IMG/VR virus record: IMGVR_UViG_3300006482_000005
DNA length: 27,823 nt
Strand: one strand, 5' to 3'
Source: a virus
In this document: positions 17,334 through 26,241 of the stretch, one piece after another
How positions within the stretch are numbered: position 1 is the first letter of the stretch
Layout: every line of letters begins with the position of its first letter
The notes under the pieces: model-generated
Seen by the model: only the letters and a program-made list of their open reading frames with translations
Database searches by the model: none
What the model was told of the DNA's origin: nothing
Program-made: the position numbers and the translations under genes

Positions 17334-17743
17334 CGCGGATGACAAGAGGCATCCCCCCGACACCGGAAGAGATCGCCGTACTGGACACTGATCCTGTCTA
17401 CTCGTCGATCGCCGACCTCCGGACGATCGGCGATGCGATCTGCAAGGTGGTGAACAACACCAACAAAGCGGTGGACGCCACGCTGCAGCTCGCACTCGAT
17501 GACGACCCGACGATGACCGACCCCTATGAGGGGGGAGAGAGCACCGGCGGGGACTATGTCGTCGCCGGCGCCATCTCGGCAACCGCAGGCATCGCAACGG
17601 CGACCCTTGCCGCCTCCGGGAGCGTCTACTTCCGGGTCCGGGGGCCGTGGGCGTTCGCCCGCATCAAGGGCGAGCCGGCAGAGGCCCCTGCAGCGGGCGG
17701 TACCCTCACCGTCGTCTGGAGCTACAAGCACCGGGGGGACTAA
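17330..17743 (+). CDS. Hypothetical structural protein
   Basis: 137-aa beta-rich ORF in the head-neck region. Confidence 0.65.
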   Translation: MTRMTRGIPPTPEEIAVLDTDPVYSSIADLRTIGDAICKVVNNTNKAVDATLQLALDDDPTMTDPYEGGESTGGDYVVAGAISATAGIATATLAASGSVYFRVRGPWAFARIKGEPAEAPAAGGTLTVVWSYKHRGD

Positions 17744-17746
17744 TCC

Positions 17747-18340
17747 ATGTCGGCATACGGTGACCCTACCCGGACCCTGACCCGGTCCGGTATCACGTAC
17801 GCCGACCTGGGACTCGCGGACGACGACGCTCTCGTATCTCTCGTCGAGGATCTCATCGAGCAGGCATCCGGCATCGTCGACCAGTACTGCGGCCGGGATT
17901 TCGACCACTATGCTGACGTCTCGGAGCGGCACGATGGCTCCGGGCGCCGGCGGCTGCGGCTCAAGGGCTGGCCGATCATCGCCGTGACGTCCGTAGAGGT
18001 CGGCGGGACCGCGCTCACCGAAGGTCTCGAGTATGAGGCCGTGCCCGACCCCGGCATCCTGGAGCGCATCGACGGCCTCGTATGGCCCGCCGGACTGCGG
18101 AACGTCTCGGTCGTCTACTCCCACGGCTACATCTCGCCGCCGGGCGCGATCGTCAGCATCGTCGAGGACCTCGTTGTCGGGGCACTGACCCACGCCGCCC
18201 GTAACAGGGCGACGAAGGGGGCCTCCTCGATGAGTATGGACGGTTACAGCGTCGCATACTCTGAGCTCTCCCGGCTCATGGTGCTCGCACCGGAGCAGAT
18301 GCAGATCCTCGACCGCTACTGCGTCGTGGGGGGTGCGTGA
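17747..18340 (+). CDS. Head-tail connector/adaptor (gp6/gp15-like)
   Basis: LIEQASGIVDQYCGRDF...WPIIAVTSV...VVYSHGY...P.AI...SMDGYSVAY. Confidence 0.85.
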   Translation: MSAYGDPTRTLTRSGITYADLGLADDDALVSLVEDLIEQASGIVDQYCGRDFDHYADVSERHDGSGRRRLRLKGWPIIAVTSVEVGGTALTEGLEYEAVPDPGILERIDGLVWPAGLRNVSVVYSHGYISPPGAIVSIVEDLVVGALTHAARNRATKGASSMSMDGYSVAYSELSRLMVLAPEQMQILDRYCVVGGA

Positions 18341-18549
18341 TGGTCAGCGACCATGACCTCCTCGTGAGGATCGACGAGAAAGTGGACCACATCATTGAGC
18401 GCCTCGATGACCACGAATCCCGGCTGCGGCCGCTCGAGCACCAGCACTATAGGTGGCTCGGGAGAGACGGTGTGATCGTGGCCGGGATCTCCATGGGGGT
18501 TTCGGTGGCCGTGGCACTCATCACGTGCCTTCTCGGGAGGGGATCGTGA
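18337..18549 (+). CDS. Small coiled-coil plus C-terminal TM protein (holin/XhlA-like)
   Basis: LLVRIDEKVDHIIERLDDHESRLRPLE followed by the hydrophobic GVIVAGISMGVSVAVALITCLL. Confidence 0.6.
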   Translation: MMVSDHDLLVRIDEKVDHIIERLDDHESRLRPLEHQHYRWLGRDGVIVAGISMGVSVAVALITCLLGRGS

Positions 18550-19040
18550 CCGACGACATCCTCGCCCGGGTCGGTGAACCTTGCCTCCTCGTCTCCGTCC
18601 AGGCGGCGAAGTTCGACGACTATGACGGGTTCGATCCGGACACCTCCTCGTTCACCGTGGAGGCGATCCGGGCGCTCTTCTCGTCGCCGAGTGAAAAGGA
18701 AGCGCGGAACCTCGCCGGTCGCGGTATCGATGCGACACTCCGGGCGACGGTCCCGAGCACCTGCACCGTGCAGGCGGACCGCCCCGGGCAGCCGGACCAT
18801 GTCGTCCGCGTCCCGGGGGCGAAGACGATCACCGTCGCATCAGATGAGGGCGGGTGGACAGTCACCATCGACGGCACCGCCGCGTATGCTGTGACGGTCG
18901 ACGAGGCGGGGGTGCTGCTCGGCGCGCTCGCCCGGTCCGCCTACAACGACCTGGTCGTGCGGGAGGTGCGGCCGGACCGGCACCCGTTCACGGGCGTCCG
19001 GAAACAGACCCTCTACCTGCAGGAGGCCGTGGGCGCATGA
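18546..19040 (+). CDS. Putative head closure/stopper protein
   Basis: Synteny after the adaptor. GTG start at 18546 overlaps the upstream stop. Confidence 0.55.
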   Translation: MTDDILARVGEPCLLVSVQAAKFDDYDGFDPDTSSFTVEAIRALFSSPSEKEARNLAGRGIDATLRATVPSTCTVQADRPGQPDHVVRVPGAKTITVASDEGGWTVTIDGTAAYAVTVDEAGVLLGALARSAYNDLVVREVRPDRHPFTGVRKQTLYLQEAVGA

Positions 19041-19537
19041 GTTACGCGATCAAGGTCAGCCGACGGCGGCGCCCGAACCACCGACAGATCGCGAGTGAGG
19101 AACTCTGGAAGGCCGCAGTCCGGACGCAGAACGCGTGGCGGGAGAACCTCGATGCTGGGATCGGCGCGACCGGGTCTCATAGCCGCCCCTACGTCGGCAC
19201 CGGGGAGGCGATCGCCCGGACGACAGTGTTCCCCGAACTCCCCGGCGCTGACGAGTATATCGTCGCCGGAGAGACGGTCCAGCATCTGATCGCCGAGTTT
19301 GGCCGGACGCCGGGCTCGAAGATGCCCCCGCCCGAACCCATCGAACGGTGGGCGAGAGAAGCGGGACTCAAACCGCGCGACGGCGAGACGTGGGAGAGCA
19401 TGATCTGGACGATCCGCCGGCACATCGCCGTGCACGGTCTGCCCGGGTTCGCCCCGGCACAACTCGCCGCGGCCACGATCGCACCGACACTCGGACCCGC
19501 CATAAAGGCGAGGTTCCGTGAACTCGAAACACAGTAA
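19037..19537 (+). CDS. Putative neck/tail-completion protein (HK97 gp10-like)
   Basis: HLIAEFGRTPG..MPPPEPIERWA...I..HG pattern and synteny. Confidence 0.65.
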   Translation: MSYAIKVSRRRRPNHRQIASEELWKAAVRTQNAWRENLDAGIGATGSHSRPYVGTGEAIARTTVFPELPGADEYIVAGETVQHLIAEFGRTPGSKMPPPEPIERWAREAGLKPRDGETWESMIWTIRRHIAVHGLPGFAPAQLAAATIAPTLGPAIKARFRELETQ

Positions 19538-19586
19538 CTCTGCAAATGAGCAGGAGCACACGACATGAACTCAAATGAGGGTTCCC

Positions 19587-20093
19587 ATGACGACAACCGA
19601 GATCTCTTCTCGTAGCTTGAGCACCGCGATCATCCTCAACCTGTTCCGCCAGAACCTTCAGGCAGCGGTAACAGCCGGGGATATCACCGATCCGGCAGCG
19701 ACCCGGCGAGGAACAACCGGCGCGCCGATGGTGCAGGGCGAATTTCCTGACCGCAATCCGGTGTATCCGCACATCATCGTGCAGGAGGCATCCGACACCG
19801 CCGACCGTCCCGACAGCCGTGTCGATCTCTGGGAGCATCGGTATGCAGTGAACATCGAGATCCGCGCTAAGAGCGCGACGACGATGTACAAGATCCGCGA
19901 TCAGGTGCGGGGATGGATCGAGGGGCACGTTGACACTCTGAACGCCGCCGGGTTCACGGACCCGCAGATCTCACCCGGGATCTCCCTGAACTGGGACGAC
20001 CAGGAACAGGTGCGGCGATGGGCGTTCACCGTCACAGGAACCGTCTACACCAAGTACGAACCGCCAGAAGAACCGCCAGAAGGAGAAGAGTGA
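19587..20093 (+). CDS. Putative tail terminator
   Basis: FP....YPHIIV pattern, directly before the tail tube gene. Alternative ATG at 19575. Confidence 0.6.
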   Translation: MTTTEISSRSLSTAIILNLFRQNLQAAVTAGDITDPAATRRGTTGAPMVQGEFPDRNPVYPHIIVQEASDTADRPDSRVDLWEHRYAVNIEIRAKSATTMYKIRDQVRGWIEGHVDTLNAAGFTDPQISPGISLNWDDQEQVRRWAFTVTGTVYTKYEPPEEPPEGEE

Positions 20094-20095
20094 CT

Positions 20096-21043
20096 ATGGT
20101 GAGAAAACTCCAGGCCAGTGAAGGCACAGTATCGTGGGGCGCGGAAACGGAGCCCTACACGAAAGCAGCGACGTCGAAAACACCCTTCGGACTCGTGACC
20201 AGCGCGATCGACTGGCCGGTCGCGAACCCGAAGACGCCGAAGGGGTCGGTCGGGCACCGCCGGGGGCCGTTCCTCTACAGCGCGGACGAGTACGATCTCT
20301 CGTTCTCGGTCCCGTTCGAGGTGCTCAACGATAACGCACCGTTCCAGTGCGCGCTCGGGAAGTCCGAGGCGGTGAGCGGCGCCGGGTACACCGGGAAGAA
20401 GTTTACCGAACTCGACACGCTCCCGACGATCACGGTGCAGCACACGCAGCAGGACGCCGCGTTTATCGAGTATTTCATCGGGTGCAAGGCAGACCTCTCG
20501 CTCTCGGCGAAGCGGGGCGAGGCGCTGATCGCGACGATGGACTTTGTCGCGGCGTCCCGGGACGTCGACACCGCCGCCTCGTCATTCCCGACAATCGCGA
20601 CCCCCGAACTCCAGCCGTACCGATTCTGGATGATCGGGGCGCTGGCGACAGTCGACGGCACTCCGCTCGCGTCGATCACCTCGCTCGACGCGACGTGGAC
20701 CAACGGGATCGAGCCCTACGGTGGTGACGGCGCCCGGGGAGCCTACGATATCGCCGAAGGAGAGGCCGAAGGGAAATACGACGTCAAGATCGGATTCCTG
20801 CCGACCGACAACTCGATGTTCGCGGCGGCGTGGGCGGACGGCGACCCGGTCGATATTGTGATCCCGTTCCTCCGCGCCGGGTCTGCCGTGGCGAGCGCGA
20901 CCGATGCCGTGATCGTCACGTTCGAGGACTGCACGATCCTCGACGCCCCGATCCCGCTCGGCGAGAAAGGGTCGTTGGAGTCCGTGCTCTCGGTCGGCCC
21001 GCTGAATTCGAGCATCGAGATCCGCGTCCCGACGGGGGTGTGA
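20096..21043 (+). CDS. Major tail tube protein
   Basis: 315 aa, N-terminal VSWGAETEPY, FIGCK..LSLS...GE.L.ATMDF, and synteny before the chaperone and tape measure. Confidence 0.8.
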   Translation: MVRKLQASEGTVSWGAETEPYTKAATSKTPFGLVTSAIDWPVANPKTPKGSVGHRRGPFLYSADEYDLSFSVPFEVLNDNAPFQCALGKSEAVSGAGYTGKKFTELDTLPTITVQHTQQDAAFIEYFIGCKADLSLSAKRGEALIATMDFVAASRDVDTAASSFPTIATPELQPYRFWMIGALATVDGTPLASITSLDATWTNGIEPYGGDGARGAYDIAEGEAEGKYDVKIGFLPTDNSMFAAAWADGDPVDIVIPFLRAGSAVASATDAVIVTFEDCTILDAPIPLGEKGSLESVLSVGPLNSSIEIRVPTGV

Positions 21044-21047
21044 TCGC

Positions 21048-21422
21048 ATGGCTGATCTGTCCTGGCAGGATGCGGTCGCGGCGTTCGACCGGCTGCAGAG
21101 CGAGACGAAAGACCTTGTGTTCCCGGCGGGCGACGGAGAGATCCGGTTCCGTGTCCGGGCGATCTCCCAGCTGGAGCGGGACCAGATCGAGGCGAAAGGG
21201 CTCCGGATGAGGAAGCGTCGCCGGGGCGACACCGTCACCGCAGACGAACTCCGGGCGCTGAAGACCGAATACATCCGCGTCGGCGTCGTCTCCGGGCCGG
21301 AAGGGTTCGCCCCGACGGAGGAGAACATCGCCCTGCTCCCGGCCCACATCCGGGACGCGCTCGCGGACGCGGTGCAGGGGTTCGTGGAGCTGGAGGAAGA
21401 AACCCGGATCGGGTTTCGCTGA
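21048..21422 (+). CDS. Tail assembly chaperone (gpG-like)
   Basis: Small gene between tail tube and tape measure, ending GGG TTT CGC TGA. Confidence 0.8.
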   Translation: MADLSWQDAVAAFDRLQSETKDLVFPAGDGEIRFRVRAISQLERDQIEAKGLRMRKRRRGDTVTADELRALKTEYIRVGVVSGPEGFAPTEENIALLPAHIRDALADAVQGFVELEEETRIGFR

Positions 21423-21639
21423 CTACGGACACGGCGACACGGTCGTCGCCGAGGAGGAGTGGGAGGCCCGGGTGCTGCAGGATGCGGCGATCTGGGCGAA
21501 GTACGGGTGTCCGTTCGACGCCCGCGCCGTGCTGCCCGCCCGCGAGTATCGGGCGCACCTGGCAATCCTGGAAGGGGAGGCGAGACGAGTGAAGGAAGAA
21601 CAGGACAAGGCTAAAAAGAAGGGGAGGCGGCGATGGTAG
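21415..21639 (+). CDS. Chaperone frameshift extension (gpT-like) in the +1 frame
   Basis: Hand translation FADYGHGDTVVAEEEWEARVLQDAAIWAKYGCPF...KAKKKGRRRW*. No ATG in this frame. Overlaps the tape measure start. Confidence 0.7.
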   Translation, partial: FADYGHGDTVVAEEEWEARVLQDAAIWAKYGCPFDARAVLPAREYRAHLAILEGEARRVKEEQDKAKKKGRRRW

Positions 21640-22853
21640 TCGTCAGCGAGGTCGCGGTCGTATACACCTCATCCGGCGCGGACCGCCTGATCCGGGACGA
21701 GGAGCGGGTCGATAAGGCGATATCGAAGACCGCGAAGAACGCCGAGAAGAACGAGAAGAAGACGGAACGCTGGATGGAGCGGCACAAAACCGCTCTGACG
21801 ACGATCGGGCTCGCGGCAGCCGGGGCGCTCGCGGCCGTGATCGCGGCATCGCCCGGACTCCAGGCGGCGCTCAACGGGGTCTATCTGGAGTTCTCCATGC
21901 TCGCGCTGGATATCGGCGAGCGATGGGTGCCGGCGTTTGAAGGGCTCGAAGGGATCGCGGGGCGGCTCACGGATGCATGGGAAGGGTTGCCCGAACCGCT
22001 GAAGGATGTGTTTGCCTACGGGCTCCTGGTGACGCTCGGGCTCATCGCGATCTCCGGGGCGGTCGCCGGGCTCTCGTTCCTGCTCGGACCGCTGAACGCA
22101 CTCCTCGGTGGCGCCGGGCTTGCCGGCGTCCTGTCAAAACTCCCGCTCGCAACCGCGGCGGGGGGGCTCACTACGCTCGGGCTGGCGGTCGCCGGGGTAA
22201 CGGGGCTTGTCCTCGGCGGGCTCGTAGTCTGGGGGCTCTGGAAACTCGGCGTCATCCAGACAATCGAGGACGCCGGGGCGCAGTTTGGCCTCTTCGCACA
22301 GAACGCGATCACGATCCTCGGGAACCTGAAAGACAACATCGTCGAGTGGTTCTCGCTCGTCGCGGCGAGCGCGGGACTGTGGGGCGCACAGCTCGCGCTC
22401 AACTGGATGGAGGGGATCGTGTCGAAGATCCCGATCCTCGGCGATATGCTCGCACCGCAGATCGACCGCCTGCAGGCGACGCTCGACTCTGCCGGCACCG
22501 AACTCCTCGGCCGGTGGGAGAAGTGGGGGCTCACGGAGGGACTCATGGAAGGCGTGATCATCAAAGAGCCGACGCCGAACCGCGCCGTCTCCGACCTGAT
22601 CGGCGAGATGGACAAATGGGTATTCGGGTCCGGGGAGCAGCCGACGCCGTCGGGCGGGACCGCGTGGATCGGGCAGACCTATCAGCAGCCGGTCCCGATG
22701 CCGACGCAGGAGCGCGGCGGGGATGTCTACCTCACGATCGAGCGCGGCGCGGTCTCTGTCTCGGGAGCGGACGCGACCGGGTTCGATGAGCGGAAACTCG
22801 CGGAGTTGTTCGGGCAGATGTGGCAGGACGAACTCAGGAGGCAGGGGCGGTGA
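21633..22853 (+). CDS. Tape measure protein (short, 406 aa)
   Basis: N-terminal basic helix, long Ala/Gly/Leu-rich helical and hydrophobic core, and synteny. Confidence 0.8.
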   Translation: MVVVSEVAVVYTSSGADRLIRDEERVDKAISKTAKNAEKNEKKTERWMERHKTALTTIGLAAAGALAAVIAASPGLQAALNGVYLEFSMLALDIGERWVPAFEGLEGIAGRLTDAWEGLPEPLKDVFAYGLLVTLGLIAISGAVAGLSFLLGPLNALLGGAGLAGVLSKLPLATAAGGLTTLGLAVAGVTGLVLGGLVVWGLWKLGVIQTIEDAGAQFGLFAQNAITILGNLKDNIVEWFSLVAASAGLWGAQLALNWMEGIVSKIPILGDMLAPQIDRLQATLDSAGTELLGRWEKWGLTEGLMEGVIIKEPTPNRAVSDLIGEMDKWVFGSGEQPTPSGGTAWIGQTYQQPVPMPTQERGGDVYLTIERGAVSVSGADATGFDERKLAELFGQMWQDELRRQGR

Positions 22854-23353
22854 CGTACACCTATTGCACGCTTGGGGTGGATGGATACGTCCGCCTCTAT
22901 CTCGCCCCTCTCGCAGAGGAGAACGTCGTGCTCAAGAACAGCCTGTTCACCGGCGACAGGTCCGGCGGCCGGGGTACCATCGTGAAGAACAAACTGATCT
23001 GCCGGCATGAGATCACCCTGCAGGGCGAGTTCGTGTCGACGAGCGAGATGCCTGCGGACCACAAAGCCGCCGTGCAGACGCTCTTCGGCCGGCCGACAGT
23101 CTCGGCGGCCGATCAGTTCCGGGTGCTGGAGATCCTCAACCTCCAGGAGGAGCAGAACCTCGACCTGGTCCTCGGCGACGATCGGTATACGGCAGCGACG
23201 CCTGCAGAACTGTCATACTCTGTCGACGGCTGTGTGTTCCCGAAAGTCGCGATCGATGAGTTGAGGAAGAATAAATCGACGAAAAAGGACCGGGTCGGGT
23301 GGACGCTGCGGCTCATCGCAGGGTTCGAGACGTCGGCGGGGGAGAGCGAGTGA
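22850..23353 (+). CDS. Tail tip protein (distal-tail-like by position)
   Basis: GTGA-coupled to the tape measure gene. Assignment by synteny only. Confidence 0.5.
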   Translation: MTYTYCTLGVDGYVRLYLAPLAEENVVLKNSLFTGDRSGGRGTIVKNKLICRHEITLQGEFVSTSEMPADHKAAVQTLFGRPTVSAADQFRVLEILNLQEEQNLDLVLGDDRYTAATPAELSYSVDGCVFPKVAIDELRKNKSTKKDRVGWTLRLIAGFETSAGESE

Positions 23354-24705
23354 CCCCGGTATCGTTCCGGTTCGATGAGACGGTTCCTCTCACCGTCGAT
23401 CTCCAACCCCCTTCCCCGCTCGCGGAGTTCTTCGGGGTCCGCCCCCTCTTCCCCGCCCGGACGGAACGGGCGACGGTCTGGAAACTCTACGCGCCGACGA
23501 CGGCCGCATGGGTGCCCGGCATCCTCGACTGTTACGTGCAGGATGCGTTCTCGCGGTTTGGCCGCACCGCCGAAGTCAGGATCTACGACCCGGACTCGAC
23601 GATCGAGCAGATCTACCCCCGCGATACGCCGCTAGAGTTGTGGGTCTCGGAACGAGGATCGCCGCTCGCGCTCCGGATGGGGGGGTTCGTGTCGAAGGTT
23701 ACGACCGACGCCGGCACCACGACGCTGAAACTCCTCGCTCATGACTTCTGGATCCGGCGGCGGGCGGTCTTCAAAACCTACTCCTCGCAGACGGTCTCCG
23801 CGATCCTCGAGGACCTGATCACGACGCTGACGCCGCTAGTGTGGAATCCCGCGCTCGTCTCCATCACCTACGACCGGACGCTCTCGGTGACGTGGAAAGG
23901 GGAATATCTCGACGTGGTGATCGCCGAACTCGCGAACGGCAGCGACGGGGAAGAGTGGGGTGCGGATGACTCGATGCAGTTCTTCTTCCGTCCCCGGGCG
24001 GCGAACCGGAGCCCGCGAGATTTCGTCGAAGGGGAATACTACGACGCGCGGTTCTCGGAAGACGGACAGGTCGAGATCAACAAAGCAACGGTGTACTGGG
24101 GGACGCCCCCGACCACCGGCGCGGTCTCGGTGCAGGACCGGGCGGCACAGCTCGCGCTGAAGGAGAAATTCGGCGCCCCGCGTGCGGTCGTGATCGAGGT
24201 GGTGAAGACCTACCCGGAGATCACGAGCGAGGACGAGGCCCGGCAGAAAGCGTCTGCGATCCTCGCCGACCGGCAGGTGATCCGGACCGGGACGATCCGG
24301 ACGTGGGGCGGCACCGGGATCCGCCCGGGCGACGTCTGCTCTGTGGTCGTGCCGGACCAACAGGTCAACGGCACCTACAGGGTGGCGCAGATCGAGTATG
24401 CGTGGGCTAGCGGGGAGACGACGGTGAAGCTCGCCGAGAACGCAGGAGGCGTCGTCGACGTCCTGGTCGAGCTCTCGGACGAGGTGAGCCGGATCGATGC
24501 CCGGGCGGCCGACGGCGACGCTGCGCTGCTCGAGATCGTCGACCTGACCGAGGAGATCGTGACTGACGTCGAACTCCGGGTCTACACCCGGGCGATCCCG
24601 GACGACATGTTCATCTTCGGTGCGACCGGCGGCGGGGTCGGGCATCCGGACGTCGGCGGCGGCCTGCTCGGGGACCGCCGGGGCGACAGAGTGCAGGTGA
24701 TCTAG
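23350..24705 (+). CDS. Baseplate hub/tail tip protein
   Basis: 451 aa. Patterns KTYSSQTVSAILEDL, FFFRP, EARQKA..IL, IRPGD.C.V..P...V.G.YRV.QIEY typical of hub proteins. Confidence 0.7.
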   Translation: MTPVSFRFDETVPLTVDLQPPSPLAEFFGVRPLFPARTERATVWKLYAPTTAAWVPGILDCYVQDAFSRFGRTAEVRIYDPDSTIEQIYPRDTPLELWVSERGSPLALRMGGFVSKVTTDAGTTTLKLLAHDFWIRRRAVFKTYSSQTVSAILEDLITTLTPLVWNPALVSITYDRTLSVTWKGEYLDVVIAELANGSDGEEWGADDSMQFFFRPRAANRSPRDFVEGEYYDARFSEDGQVEINKATVYWGTPPTTGAVSVQDRAAQLALKEKFGAPRAVVIEVVKTYPEITSEDEARQKASAILADRQVIRTGTIRTWGGTGIRPGDVCSVVVPDQQVNGTYRVAQIEYAWASGETTVKLAENAGGVVDVLVELSDEVSRIDARAADGDAALLEIVDLTEEIVTDVELRVYTRAIPDDMFIFGATGGGVGHPDVGGGLLGDRRGDRVQVI

Positions 24706-25044
24706 ATGATAACAGCAATCGGCAGAAACGCGCAGCGGGACCTCTGGCAGGGGCTCCTGTCAACGGTGGTGGTCGGGATCGGAACCACGGCAGAGAACGA
24801 AGCGGATACGGCGCTGCAGACGCAGGTGGCCTCGAAGGTCGCCAGCCTGGAGACCCGGAGCACGGGGGAGGTGGTCGCCAGCGGGCGGCTCACCTCCGGC
24901 GATGTGAACGGGTCCCTGCTGGCAGAGGTCGGGGTGAAGACATCCGGGGGCAGCCTGCTTTCCCGGAAGACGTTCTTGCAGTTAGAGAAGAACGAGACGA
25001 TCGAGGTTGAATTTGAGATCCTTTACAGGGTGAGAAATCCATGA
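24706..25044 (+). CDS. Small tail tip/fibre-associated protein
   Basis: VGIGTT....DTAL....LAEVGV.......LLSRKTF..LEK pattern seen in phage fibre-base proteins. Confidence 0.55.
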   Translation: MITAIGRNAQRDLWQGLLSTVVVGIGTTAENEADTALQTQVASKVASLETRSTGEVVASGRLTSGDVNGSLLAEVGVKTSGGSLLSRKTFLQLEKNETIEVEFEILYRVRNP

Positions 25045-25796
25045 TTACATTCGAGGATGGGATGGGACTATATGGCCCGCAGCTGAACGCAATGTTCGCC
25101 GCGCTCCGGGGCACCGCAGTGTTCTCCGGCTGCGTTGCGAGCGCGACGGGAACGAACAGAGGGGTCTCAGTGACTGCGGGCAAATTGATGGTCAACGATG
25201 CCGCTGTGACCTACGCCGGCGGCTCCGTGACACTCGATGCCGGCAGCGCGTTCGACCGCTACGACCTGATCACGATATCGGCCGCGGGGGCGCTCGCGGC
25301 CACGAAGGGGACCGAGAAGAATAAGTGCCCGCCGCAGCCCGCGAACACCTGCCTGATCGCAATCGTGCGGGTGCCTGCCGGGGCGTCAGTGGTCGCGACC
25401 GGGGACGTGATCGATGCGTCGGTGCAGGTGAAGGGGTGGACGCCTCCAGGGGGGATCATAGAGTGGTCCGGGGCGGTCGCCGATATCTGGCCGGGGTGGC
25501 ACCTGTGCGACGGAACGAACGGCACTCCGGATCTTCGCGATCGGTTCGTCGTCGGTGCCGGGTCTACGTATGCGGTCGGCGCGACCGGGGGCGAGGCCAT
25601 GCACACCCTGACCACGGACGAGATGCCGAGCCATACGCACCCGATCACAGAGATCTTGGGGGTGGGGGGACCTATTGGTATGGGTGGCTCCACCTACGGA
25701 TTCTATTCCGGATCCACTGGGAGCGCCGGTGGCGGCAAAGCCCACGAAAACCGGCCGCCGTTCTACGCGCTGGCGTATATTATGCGGCTACCCTAA
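25041..25796 (+). CDS. Tail fibre with a phage tail-collar domain
   Basis: PPGGIIEWSG..GWHLCDGTNGTPDLRDRFVVGAG...GGEAMHTLT..EMPSHTH...HENRPPFYALAYIMRL. Confidence 0.85.
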   Translation: MITFEDGMGLYGPQLNAMFAALRGTAVFSGCVASATGTNRGVSVTAGKLMVNDAAVTYAGGSVTLDAGSAFDRYDLITISAAGALAATKGTEKNKCPPQPANTCLIAIVRVPAGASVVATGDVIDASVQVKGWTPPGGIIEWSGAVADIWPGWHLCDGTNGTPDLRDRFVVGAGSTYAVGATGGEAMHTLTTDEMPSHTHPITEILGVGGPIGMGGSTYGFYSGSTGSAGGGKAHENRPPFYALAYIMRLP

Positions 25797-26176
25797 CTCT
25801 TTTTCTGCTGCCGAATCGCGATCTGCCGGAGGATTACGAGGGCGGAAGCGGTCCAGAACGCCGCCCCGACGACGATCGGTTTAGTCCCAAGCGCGACGGG
25901 GATCCAACCGATGAAGACATACATCAACGCCCCGACCGGGAGCGCGAGCGCTCCGGCGAGAAGCAGCGCATACGGTAACGGGACCTGTGCGGTGCGCCCC
26001 CACTCGTGCCAGATGATCGCGGCGATCAACGGGACACCGATCAGGACGGGGATCATCGTCTGCGGCGCAGTCAGGACGTCGCGAGCCATCCAGAGCGCCG
26101 GGATGATGATCAGCGCCGCCAGGACAGCCGCGAGGAATTTGGCTTCGCGGTCGGAGATATATTTGCATTCGGTCAT
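25793..26176 (-). CDS. Multi-pass membrane protein (accessory gene)
   Basis: 127 aa with about four hydrophobic segments. Has its own promoter. Stop overlaps the fibre stop. Confidence 0.75.
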   Translation of the reverse strand: MTECKYISDREAKFLAAVLAALIIIPALWMARDVLTAPQTMIPVLIGVPLIAAIIWHEWGRTAQVPLPYALLLAGALALPVGALMYVFIGWIPVALGTKPIVVGAAFWTASALVILRQIAIRQQKKS

Positions 26177-26199
26177 GTGAGAGGGGTCGTCGAAAAAGG

Positions 26200-26210
26200 A
26201 TATAGTTTTT
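26200..26210 (-). promoter_or_regulatory. Archaeal BRE/TATA-like promoter AAAAACTATAT
   Basis: First T of TATAT lies 28 nt upstream of the ATG at 26176, consistent with a leaderless mRNA. An identical 11-mer occurs at 27589-27599. Confidence 0.65.
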
Positions 26211-26241
26211 ACGGAGACATCCCGGCATTTTTGCCGGGATG

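Noticed and set aside
19543-19579. CAAATGAG duplicated 29 nt apart and a 10-codon mini-ORF (19546..19578)
   Set aside because: Too short to distinguish from chance. No structure or other copies were seen.
20058-20082. 12-nt tandem repeat GAACCGCCAGAA
   Set aside because: Encodes an EPPEEPPE tail and is likely simple slippage.
23199-23216. 17/18 match (CGCCTGcAGAACTGTCAT) between the tail gene and 27505-27522 of the CRISPR-like unit, suggesting self-targeting
   Set aside because: The match covers only the PAM-distal half of the spacer plus 4 nt of the degenerate repeat. The full spacer matches 16/30, the seed is unmatched and there is no TTC PAM.
255-25745. Numerous long antisense and alternate-frame ORFs in the ORF track (e.g. 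8289..9626, 3297..4265, 17048..18193)
   Set aside because: They shadow well-supported plus-strand genes in GC-rich DNA, give Arg/Pro-rich or mirror translations, and have no recognisable motifs.
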